DNA of 64,000 bases, taken from positions 1,024,001 to 1,088,000 of the forward strand of contig CAWHBU010000002.1 in NCBI GenBank assembly GCA_963827685.1. Direction: 5' to 3'. Made by a program: the position numbers and the translations under genes. The notes beneath the pieces were generated by a model. The model was not told where the DNA came from, made no database searches, and saw nothing but the letters and a program-made list of their open reading frames with translations. Each line of letters opens with the position of its first letter. The first letter of the stretch is position 1. Origin of the DNA: an uncultured delta proteobacterium (GTDB lineage Bacteria > Desulfobacterota > BSN033 > UBA1163). Positions 51,886 through 60,909 of this stretch are shown here, one piece after another.

Positions 51886-52062
51886 TTTACCCTTTTTCTA
51901 CTCTCCATTTCTTGGTTCATTTTAGACCCCTTGTTGTCATACACACCCCCATCTCTCTAATGGCGATCGTCCTGTCCTTATACCCGCAATGATGCCTACT
52001 GCGCACTAGCACCGCCATCCAGAATCACACCCGGCCATGCCGAGCAGATATTTCCCGGATAG

Positions 52063-52731
52063 TCACTCCATGACGCCCAATCCTCTTAAGATAAAGTCAA
52101 CTGACGAATCGACATTCTTCCTTGTCGGTCTATCCCTCAAGGTCCAACCCCTCAAAGACAGAAAGACCACGAGGTAAGCAATCAAACTTGCCAAAAAATC
52201 TAAATCACCTTTAACTGATTTTGGTTTCTTTATCTCCCTCAATAAGGTGCGCCAGAAGCCAATCACATTGTTGTAATCCATTTCCAGAACGATCCGTAAG
52301 TGCTTCTTGTCCAGATACTTGCTTTCTGTATAAATAAATTGGATTAGTTTTCTATTTTCAATGATAAATTGTAAGTTACAATGGAGAGCCTTAATCAACT
52401 TTTGCAGGGGATCTTCGATTTGTTCCAAGTTAGACTTTTTTAAGTATTCGTACCAGACCTTCTGCATGTGTCTATGTACCAAATACAACACGTCATCTTT
52501 CGAAGAGATATAATGATAGAGCTGCCCCATGGACATGCCGCAAGATTTTGCTATCTCGCGGATAGTCGTCGGATGGTATCCCTTTCTGAAAAATGTTCTA
52601 CAGGCCCCGTCCACGATTTGCCGATGCTTACTTTCAACCAGTGGAACATTCTTAGTAGAAACCCTAATCAGATGATTCGGAAAAACCTCACTCTGATTTG
52701 CAGTAGTTGATTCCTTCTTAGTGCTCGTCAT
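52063..52731 (-). CDS. TetR family regulator
   Basis: F..KGY..TTIREIA..GMS.G.LY.Y..SK. Confidence 0.92.
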   Translation of the reverse strand: MTSTKKESTTANQSEVFPNHLIRVSTKNVPLVESKHRQIVDGACRTFFRKGYHPTTIREIAKSCGMSMGQLYHYISSKDDVLYLVHRHMQKVWYEYLKKSNLEQIEDPLQKLIKALHCNLQFIIENRKLIQFIYTESKYLDKKHLRIVLEMDYNNVIGFWRTLLREIKKPKSVKGDLDFLASLIAYLVVFLSLRGWTLRDRPTRKNVDSSVDFILRGLGVME

Positions 52732-52762
52732 GGTCCCCTAAATGCGTCGCAAAATAAATATA

Positions 52763-52810
52763 GAGCAAGCGCTCGATTTACCTTCTATCTAAAACAAAAT
52801 ATTTTGTCAA
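52763..52810 (-). promoter_or_regulatory. tetR promoter and candidate operator
   Basis: TTGACA-17nt-TAGAAG; GAGC-N4-GCTC palindrome downstream. Confidence 0.5.
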
Positions 52811-53070
52811 GTATTTTCTTACCGCGACTACAAAAAATTTGGAAAGGCTATATTTCCATATAGTTATATGCCGAAAGGAGAGGTCAGTCTGACATTGTCC
52901 TGCCAAGGCAAGTTTCTCGTTTCAATGAAGAGAGGGGGATGAATCACCTAAAATTTTTTTATGTAGACGCCGCCTGATAATATCCGATTTGTCCCAGGTA
53001 AAAATGTCCGCTTGGGCCTAAGGGCAGAGAACTCTTCGTTGAGATAAGGAAGTCTCAAAGCGGGTTCAAA

Positions 53071-53260
53071 CTCATATCCGCAGTGTCCGGGGTGAAGCTC
53101 TTGATCGAGCTTCCGGAGAGGAAGCGTCGTTTATATTGTGTCCCTTCCAGGACCACAGGCCAGCCAAATCCCTGCACCGCTACCAAATTTCTTTTTTCCT
53201 GGTTTGTATGTAAAACCCCTGCCCCTAAACTTCGGGCGATTTTCATCCGAGACGTTCTTA
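53071..53260 (+). repeat. tRNA-Met-derived repeat, copy C (attR-like)
   Basis: 23 nt identical to tRNA 37265-37287, 71-nt insert, CAAATCCCTGCACCGCTACCA-AATTTCTTTTT, tail shared with copy B. Confidence 0.92.
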
Positions 53261-53775
53261 TGGCCCCTTTCCTTTCTTCTTTTCATAAGCACTTGCAACT
53301 ACTTTTATCCCGTTGAGATATGGCACTATTGACAAGCCCAAGGAACCACTGGCTCGCCTTTGCTCCCATGAGCATGAGTACCTCCAAATCAATGGATCTA
53401 TAAACGCCTGAATGACGATTCCCCCCTTGAAACACGCTCCGCTAAGGGAACCCCCCATCAGATACGTGAGTGCCTTCGTTTATCTCTGCCTCCTCCCGTA
53501 AAGGAAGGGGCACTCGCGTTCTCTCTTCGCGCCCTTCCCCCTATCAGCGTCTTTATCTCTTTGAATTTGTCCAACACCACCTTGCTCCCTCTGCTTCAAT
53601 CAGGGCTAAAATTCTGATCTCACCTTACCTTTACTTCTCCCTTACCTCTTATCCAAACTCACCATTGACAGCTCCCCTACAAGCATGTACAGTACTTCCT
53701 GAAGTAAATTTTGAGAGCTTGGTACAAAAGGTGTAGACTTCAACTAGAAATCGTTTTGGAAGGGAGACGACCCAC

Positions 53776-54285
53776 ATGAAATCATTGTCGGTTAAGTTGG
53801 GAGTTGTCCTCGTAGTTATCGGATTCCCTATTCTCTGCTATGGGGCGAACATGATCGCGAGGATCGGGGAATACCATCTTGGTCAAGACATCAAAACTGT
53901 TCGCGGTTTGGTAGAGTTTACGCCCGAAGAGTACGCGGCCCTATGGTCGTTTCAAGGCGGGGTTGGTTTGCCAGGTGAACAGGTTTTCAATGCTCCGAAA
54001 GTAACCTTCAATCGGCATCTCTGGGATCTGGTTGTCGGCACCCTTAACGGGAGGATCTATAAATTGGCACTTCAGTACATCAGTAGCGACCGAGCGGAAG
54101 CCCGCAGCATATTTGAGGAAACGTTGAAGTTTGTTAAGTCACAGATGGGCGCACCCGCAGAACAAACAAAGACACCCAAGCGGTACCTATGGGACTCCAC
54201 GGATGGGAACGTGGTCCTAGCTGAGCGGGAGGCGATGGCCTCCTGGTGTATAAACCTCTTACTTACATCACGTGCTGTCAAATAG
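53776..54285 (+). CDS. Hypothetical exported protein
   Basis: Signal peptide, RBS, TTGACA-17nt-TACAGT promoter at 53665-53693. Confidence 0.7.
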   Translation: MKSLSVKLGVVLVVIGFPILCYGANMIARIGEYHLGQDIKTVRGLVEFTPEEYAALWSFQGGVGLPGEQVFNAPKVTFNRHLWDLVVGTLNGRIYKLALQYISSDRAEARSIFEETLKFVKSQMGAPAEQTKTPKRYLWDSTDGNVVLAEREAMASWCINLLLTSRAVK

Positions 54286-54365
54286 TTAAATTCCAGAAAC
54301 AGCAACAATATGTGGATGAAAGGCACACCGCAAACGGTGTAAAGCTACAGAACCAGGAGGATAAT

Positions 54366-54602
54366 ATGAGAAATTCGTTTGAACTCCTATTTCTTAAACC
54401 CCCAAAGGGAGCGCTTGCTGGCCCACCGATTGCTTACATATATGTTAAGACACATACGAGCGATGAAAAAGGGAACCATATTTTTATAACACGTCGTTGT
54501 GATTCTTCTTGGGAACTGGGCCTGGAGATCAATCGCCTTAAACATGAACTCGATGTTATAAGAAAAAAAGCTAAACAGAAATTTGCGAAAGCTGACAAAT
54601 GA
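54366..54602 (+). CDS. Small hypothetical protein
   Basis: AGGAGG RBS before ATG. Confidence 0.6.
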   Translation: MRNSFELLFLKPPKGALAGPPIAYIYVKTHTSDEKGNHIFITRRCDSSWELGLEINRLKHELDVIRKKAKQKFAKADK

Positions 54603-54931
54603 TACTCCATCGACTGCGGCTAACATAGCACAAAAAACCTCCATCGAAACCCTAACGCGCTTCTTTTTGTGCAACACATGATATCCCTATTTCTACTCCT
54701 AATCCTTAACTTTCTTTTTTTATGAAATCTCTTAGTTGTAAGTATAACATTTTTTTTCGCCTATAGTATTGCTAGGCCCCCGTGTTACCTAAACGGGGGC
54801 TACTCTGCTCTTCCTTTTTCTCTAAAATTCCTCATTGCTGCATTCCAACAAAAGGTTTATGATTTATTTCGGAATGTTTAAGAGACCTTTAACATAATTC
54901 AGCAGAAGAATAGTGGGGAGCATAAACTCTC

Positions 54932-55798
54932 ATGAACCAGGTCAAACCAAAACCCATGCCTAAGCGCGAAGAAGAAAATGCTATATTCAAAGCTTTCCTC
55001 CAAGAGAGACCTGGATTTGCAGGCGAACCCCTCAAAAAATGGGAACAGCCGAAGGACGAGAAGGAATTCCCTGATGTCAAGTGCATTACAATAACTGGAC
55101 GAAGAATCGGAGTAGAATTGTCCAAATGGCTCAATGAGGCGCAGGTTCGCGACGCAAAAAAGATCGAACGAATTCACGGCTCTATTCGTTCAGCGGTGGG
55201 TTACCAAGGTGATAACACGACAAAGAACATCTATTACCTGCTTTTATCCCCGAAATCAAATGCGTGTGTCAAGCCAAATGATGAGGATCCATTGCGTAAA
55301 GAATTGTTCCGCTGTATCGAGGAAGTAGATGCCCGCTGGCTAAGCGAACCCTTATGGCATAACCCACCAGGTTACCGCGCCACATCTGATAAATTGTCAA
55401 TCTTCCCTATACTGCAAAAGTATCTTGATTCAATATTGTTCGTTCCGCGGAAGAGGCATACAGGGTGGCCGAATATACGGCTTGTCGAAGAGACATGGCC
55501 GCATGGACAAAACTGGATTCTCTTTCGAAATCGTAGCGGTTCCTACTCCGTTGACGACATGCTCCAACCCCTCATTGACTCGATAGCTCGAAAAAAGAAG
55601 CGGTACAGCCGTATCGGAACCGGGTTTGACAGTCTCTATCTCATCGTTTATTACAACAACTTAGCGGCAATTTGCAACACCCCAATCGAAACACCAGACT
55701 CCGAAAGTCTTAAGTTGCATTTTATTGAACATGGCCCTCAGCCCTTTAAGCAAATATTTATTTTTGTTGCTCCTGGTTCGGTCTTGACAGTTGTATAG
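54932..55798 (+). CDS. Hypothetical protein, possible PD-(D/E)xK nuclease fold
   Basis: FPDV..RIGVELSKW. Confidence 0.55.
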   Translation: MNQVKPKPMPKREEENAIFKAFLQERPGFAGEPLKKWEQPKDEKEFPDVKCITITGRRIGVELSKWLNEAQVRDAKKIERIHGSIRSAVGYQGDNTTKNIYYLLLSPKSNACVKPNDEDPLRKELFRCIEEVDARWLSEPLWHNPPGYRATSDKLSIFPILQKYLDSILFVPRKRHTGWPNIRLVEETWPHGQNWILFRNRSGSYSVDDMLQPLIDSIARKKKRYSRIGTGFDSLYLIVYYNNLAAICNTPIETPDSESLKLHFIEHGPQPFKQIFIFVAPGSVLTVV

Positions 55799-56260
55799 TG
55801 AAGAATTTCCATAGATATATTCCTCACTACTTGGGTACTATAATTTAGTGGACACTTCCCAGTGCCCAGCTTCGTCACTTTTGGGGAGCCAGACATTCCA
55901 CCTCAAACCCAATGCCCCATCATCTCTTCGACATCAACAACAAGGTAGTCAAGTTAAGAAGGAAGAGCAAGTCTGAGTGTATATACCAGGACGAGTGAGT
56001 TTGATCTCTCTCTTAAGAGGAAAGTAGTTTTTGACTCCGGGAACTCACGGCCTACCGGGTGATCTTGAATCATCTCCCTCGTTCGGAGGAATGATCGTTC
56101 CGACTGCTGGGAGCGTTAGCATCCGGCGGCGTCGGTCCGCTCTTCCCTCCGCCGCCCGCCCGTGCCTTTTGATCTGTGTGCCGGTGGGGACACCCTCTCC
56201 CCACAGATACACTTTTTACCTGGTCAATTCTCGCTCTCACGAGTCAAAGGAGTTAAGCTT

Positions 56261-56310
56261 CACCGGCTCTCATGTCGGTAACACGGGTTCGAACCCCGTT
56301 GGGACCACCA
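56261..56310 (+). pseudogene. tRNA-Glu(CTC)-like 3' fragment
   Basis: CCGGC-TCTCAT-GTCGG (6-nt loop), ACGGGTTCGAACCCCGT, TGGGACCACCA, then hairpin plus T-run. Confidence 0.7.
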
Positions 56311-56420
56311 ATTATGCAGCCAAAAGCTCAGATTAGGGCTTTTTCTACGGTAGAATTTTTTCTTATTTAGGTAAAATCAGCGAACAGTAACAATGCAAGA
56401 CCTGGCCCCCCAGATCCCCC

Positions 56421-57116
56421 TTAAACTGGTGAGTACCATTTTCGCTCCGACATTTTTCGCAGTTTTTCTGCGGCAGGCGTATTATATAAAAACTCCACAC
56501 TCAGTGACACATCTGCAAGAAGCTGTATCGTAATAAGCTCTCCTCTAGTTGGATTTTCAACAATTGTGACAACTTGACGTTGCGTAATTTGTTGGGGACC
56601 ACCTTCTTCCGGTAAGGGGGACTGACCAGTTGTGAGAACTTGACGTTGCGTAATTTGTTGGGGACCACCTTCTTCCGGTAAGAGGGACTGACCAGTAACA
56701 GAAGGTGATGGTGCTGGGTTCACCGGAGTGGCTGCTTCACGTAGATTAGTTTTCTGCTTTGACCGTTCCATAATTAAAGAATCAATATAATTTGCTTTCG
56801 AGTAAAATGCACTAATCACATCTATCTCTGTTTCTGTTAAATCTTTAACAAAAAAATGTATATTGTTGTTCCAGCTATTTGTTGGTAATAGCTTGGATGC
56901 CAAGGAATAAGTCTGAGCATTTCTAAAGTTCCTAATTTGCTGTTCCGCATATCTAATTTCTTGCAATATTAATCTAGCAGCATCTCTCTTTCTGTCCTTC
57001 TTCTGCCTAAGGTAAATATAAATAGCTGAAAAACCTACAACAAACGTCACTAATCCTAAATTATCATTTAAGAATTTTAAAATCATCTTGATCCAAGTCA
57101 TACCAATTATTTCCAA
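56421..57116 (-). CDS. Hypothetical membrane-anchored protein with 22-aa tandem repeat
   Basis: N-terminal TM; 66-nt tandem duplication 56564-56696. Confidence 0.7.
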   Translation of the reverse strand: MEIIGMTWIKMILKFLNDNLGLVTFVVGFSAIYIYLRQKKDRKRDAARLILQEIRYAEQQIRNFRNAQTYSLASKLLPTNSWNNNIHFFVKDLTETEIDVISAFYSKANYIDSLIMERSKQKTNLREAATPVNPAPSPSVTGQSLLPEEGGPQQITQRQVLTTGQSPLPEEGGPQQITQRQVVTIVENPTRGELITIQLLADVSLSVEFLYNTPAAEKLRKMSERKWYSPV

Positions 57117-58132
57117 CCTTGACCAATAATCCTAAACGCTACCTGTTCCTGTGGAACTTGAACCGGTCCATGTGGTGTCTGTTGCACCACATTCACTTGC
57201 TGTTTCCGATATTCAGCAGAAATCTCATAAAAATTTGACATTTGTCCACTTTCAATAAAAGCGATTTTGTAATCCTTCACAGTTAGTACTGCATTTGACC
57301 CGATTTCGTTTTGCGGATTCCAAATTTTTCCGAATTCTAATTCTTTGTTGTATTCCTCATATAGGTCAGTCATTCCTTTTGAAAGAACGTCATTCGCGTC
57401 CACAACCGTTTCGACACCTAAATCTTCTTTTGCTTCTTTCCTTCCGATGTAATACTGATGGGAATACAGCCTTTCAGTAAAATAATCAACGATCTTCACA
57501 ATTTCATCTTCCTTGAGTTGTATTTTGTGGCTCTTAAGGAGTCGTTTCGCGAGGATACGGATAAGGTTGTGAATACGATTTACGTTTCCAAGTGATAATG
57601 GATGGATTTGTGGGTTGGATTCAATAAATTTTGCGAATATATGTGAAAGCTCTTCATCGCCTTTAATTCCAAATTTATTTTTTGCTAAGTCGAAATATGC
57701 CATCACGTCTTCGACACTTATTGGAATTCTATTTTGCGGATTCGTGGGATCAGGAGGGTTAAATACATTAGCGGCTGCAGGATCAATGGGTGAAAGCTCA
57801 GATAGGTTGCTCATCACAATTTCGTCGGCACCAAGTGCAATCATGCTTGCAGCACTGTGGGCTTTGTAAGGAACTAGCACCGAGAACTTGTCGCAATAAT
57901 CACGGATCATCGAGACCAGTCTCCACGGGACCATTGTGTCCCCTCCCGCACTATAGAGTAAGAAATCGATATTTTTTGTTTTCCCGATAGTCTGGAGCTG
58001 CTTGTTTATTAGAGGTATCACGTCCATTGCAATCCGTGCGCTAAGTGGCCCCTGTCGATCACTTGTCAAGTAGGTGATTATTCGTGACTGCCGTAAGCCT
58101 TCAATTTGTTGTATTAGTTGTTTTCTATCCAT
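57107..58132 (-). CDS. SDH family Clp-fold serine protease
   Basis: S.GGD, AHSAASMIALGADEIVM, LSPIDP, YSH. Confidence 0.85.
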   Translation of the reverse strand: MDRKQLIQQIEGLRQSRIITYLTSDRQGPLSARIAMDVIPLINKQLQTIGKTKNIDFLLYSAGGDTMVPWRLVSMIRDYCDKFSVLVPYKAHSAASMIALGADEIVMSNLSELSPIDPAAANVFNPPDPTNPQNRIPISVEDVMAYFDLAKNKFGIKGDEELSHIFAKFIESNPQIHPLSLGNVNRIHNLIRILAKRLLKSHKIQLKEDEIVKIVDYFTERLYSHQYYIGRKEAKEDLGVETVVDANDVLSKGMTDLYEEYNKELEFGKIWNPQNEIGSNAVLTVKDYKIAFIESGQMSNFYEISAEYRKQQVNVVQQTPHGPVQVPQEQVAFRIIGQGWK

Positions 58133-58446
58133 CTTTCCTCCTTTTTACTTATCTCCCGCTTTTTCAATGATAAAAACTTGCTTTGCCCTGAGTTAAATAT
58201 ATGAAAAACAACGGTAATATGTCAAGAAAAATTGCCGCCCATGATTACCAATTTAAATCAAGTATGTTTCCCTAAAATGGTAGGCTCCGAACTTCAGCAA
58301 GAAGTCAACACTCAACTGGAACCAAATACCCCTCCATAGCCCACTCTCAACCTTACCAAACCAATATCGAATATGTAATAACCCCCACCCATGTACCTTT
58401 GGATAGCATCCTCTAAACTTTCTAGCCCTCACCCCTTCTGGGCGAG

Positions 58447-58569
58447 GTTGTTGATTAAGTCGAATGACCATTTTATTCTCTTCCCTTTCTCCTTCGACTA
58501 ACTCCGCCTCCCCTCATTATCAACTTGTGTTAGAACCTACATCCCCTGATTTCCCTATTTCGTGCGCCC
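58447..58569. repeat. 123-bp dispersed repeat, copy 1
   Basis: Aligns colinearly with 63329-63451. Confidence 0.8.
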
Positions 58570-59408
58570 CGCCCTTGCCTTTTGATCTATATGCTTGTAG
58601 GGACATCCTCTGCCCAGGACTAGATTTCTTTCCTAGTCAATTCTCGCCTTCACCTACTTATCTTCCCATCAGGTGAGTAAAGTTTACTGAAGATTTACGA
58701 TTGAAATAAACAAACAAGGCAGAGCCGAATTGGCCCTGCCTTGTTTTCAGAAAATGGAAGACTACTAACCTATTTTTTCTCTTCCAAAAATCAAGATAAT
58801 TCTCTCTGCAGTGTTTGCTACCCTCAAAGCCCAAGCTTTCCCAATTCTTTGTTTGAGCCAATAATAGAGGGATAGGTTTTTGTTAATCAGGAAATTCCTC
58901 ATTCATATCTCCGCTGAATAATGAATACAAATTACTTTCTAACTTTCTGAGACAAAACCTAAAAAAAATAGTATAGACCATTTCTGTTTCTACCCTATTC
59001 AAAGAAATTTAAGCAGGAATTTACGTTTTTAATTTCCTCCTGAGTCCGACGAGGCTAAGCAGACCAGAGCCCAGATGGCTATAAATACAAAAAATCGGTC
59101 TTTTGTCAAGCGAAAAATAGATTTATGAAAATTATCTTTTGTAGTGAGTCTTAGGAGAGGTATTGGTATAGGTTGAGACAAAGATTATTGATTTCAATTT
59201 GAAAGGCTATACCGTGGGACAAGAATGAACAATCAATGTTTCAGGAAGGAAGAGTTAGAAAAAGCGATTGTTTCTCCCACTTCCAAAGTTCCACTCTAAG
59301 GTGGCACTGGAAGGTAACGAATATTGATAAAAATGTGCAGATTTCGCAACTTCTTTTCTGAGGTGACTACAAAATTGTAAAGAAAAAATACTGCATTTGC
59401 ATTAAAGC

Positions 59409-59810
59409 CTATTTACAGGGGCCGATGCGTTTGCCTTTCATCGTGCTCTTCATCGTCATAGTTTGTCCGCCGGTCTTCACGGTCGTTTCGATAACGCCGT
59501 CCATGGTGGTACCTGCATAAGTAACTTTACCCGTACTCGTACTCATTCCCTCCCTGCAGACCACTGTCCACGTGACAGTGTTGCCCTGGGTCTTCATGTC
59601 CTTGATCGTGCATCCCGACTGAGCCGTTTGAGGCACAGCTTTTTCCTTGGTTAAACAGGTAGTGTGGGTGAAGGATTTTGCAGGCATGCCAGGCATATCG
59701 ACCGTGCTTGTAATCTCCCAGAGACCATCCTCCATGTTCGGTGCTGCAAATGAAATCCCTGTAAAAAAGACGAACACTACTGCAACGATGATCCAGATGC
59801 TTCTCTTCAT
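59409..59810 (-). CDS. DUF3617 family exported protein
   Basis: GLWEIT, three internal Cys and terminal GKRIGPC. Confidence 0.85.
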   Translation of the reverse strand: MKRSIWIIVAVVFVFFTGISFAAPNMEDGLWEITSTVDMPGMPAKSFTHTTCLTKEKAVPQTAQSGCTIKDMKTQGNTVTWTVVCREGMSTSTGKVTYAGTTMDGVIETTVKTGGQTMTMKSTMKGKRIGPCK

Positions 59811-60171
59811 AGCGCACTCCTTTTGATAAGAATTGGCTTTTAGGATGAATTAACAATATAAAAGAAGGGAGTTCTATGTCAAGAATAAAAATATCTCCGA
59901 TGATTACCAGTCAAGTATGAGGAAGTCTATCTTCATGATTACTCCATGGTCTCGGAGGCACGGAACGGCCTGGCAAGGCATTTTCTTTTTTACAACGGGG
60001 AGAGGCTGCATACCTCTTTGGGAAATCGAACTCCTTAATGAGGTCTATTTCAAGCAACCGATCCCTCTAAATCCGGGGCAGGCTTCTCAAACCATGCACC
60101 AAATACAACCCACTTTTTTGTCTTGACAATGGGGAGGGGTTCATAATACATTCTCAATAAGGAGGAGTAAG

Positions 60172-60861
60172 ATGAAAAAGTTCGGTGTAATGTTGGCTAT
60201 AGTGATGGCGCTTTTTATTGTCCCCTGTTTAGCTCAGGCTCGGCTGGTGATCCCTCTTCCGCCACCTATTCCATTCTTAGCACCACCTCCGATGGTAGTC
60301 CTGCCTGAAACTGAGGTATACGTTGCGCCTGATTGCGATCAAGACCTCTATTTCTATCAAGGTTTCTGGTGGAGACCTTGGGGTGGTCGATGGTATCGAT
60401 CATTAAACTATGATTCAGGATGGGAGTTTTACAATGGTGTGCCAGGATGGTATGGTGGAGTGTATCCCCACTGGAGAGAAAACTACCGCAACCACATGTG
60501 GGGAGGCCAGAGATGGGATTATCGTCCAATGCCTTATGATCGCGTCAGAAGCAATTGGAAAAGCTGGCAAAGCAGTGGCCATTGGAGGAATGAACAGAAT
60601 CGAGGCACTACTGGCAGCTACCGTAAGGGAGCGGAGACCCGTCGGGACTTCCGAGGCTTTGGACAGGAAACAAAGGGCCTAAAGGCTTCAGGAGTTCCTC
60701 GACAAAGCCTTGATCTTAGTAAGAATAAAAGTGCCTTTGCAGGCGTGGAACGAGGAAGCAATGTTCGAATGCAGAGCAACCGTGGTCTCCAAAGCCGCCA
60801 GAGCATGTCTTCAAAAGGGGGAGGCGGTGCGGGTAAGGGCAATGTTGGCCGTCCCCGTTAA
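60172..60861 (+). CDS. Exported Pro/Trp/Gly-rich protein
   Basis: Signal peptide, PPP.P..P.TEVYV.P..LYFY.G.WW..W.GRWY; Gly/Arg tail. Confidence 0.7.
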   Translation: MKKFGVMLAIVMALFIVPCLAQARLVIPLPPPIPFLAPPPMVVLPETEVYVAPDCDQDLYFYQGFWWRPWGGRWYRSLNYDSGWEFYNGVPGWYGGVYPHWRENYRNHMWGGQRWDYRPMPYDRVRSNWKSWQSSGHWRNEQNRGTTGSYRKGAETRRDFRGFGQETKGLKASGVPRQSLDLSKNKSAFAGVERGSNVRMQSNRGLQSRQSMSSKGGGGAGKGNVGRPR

Positions 60862-60909
60862 GGGTTGAGCAAACGATTTAAACATCATAGTTCGATGGAG
60901 GAAAAAGCG

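Larger units (their letters stand above)
37265..53196. mobile_element. tRNA-Met-anchored composite island, no integrase
   Basis: Bounded by the tRNA and a displaced tRNA 3' fragment starting at the anticodon loop; accessory cargo. Confidence 0.7.

Noticed and set aside
53112-53125. CCGGAGAGGAAGC resembles the SRP RNA domain IV motif
   Set aside because: No TCAGG partner or long SRP stem; occurs inside a multi-copy repeat
38945-53260. Repeats as CRISPR array or integron attC sites
   Set aside because: Kilobase irregular spacing, tRNA-derived sequence, no cas or intI, no RYYYAAC/GTTRRRY boxes seen
56031-56336. 101-aa ORF
   Set aside because: Overlaps the tRNA fragment and hairpins; no protein-like features
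56394-56411. CAAGACCTGGCCCC motif, similar to one at 40752
   Set aside because: Too short with two divergent copies; no transposase nearby
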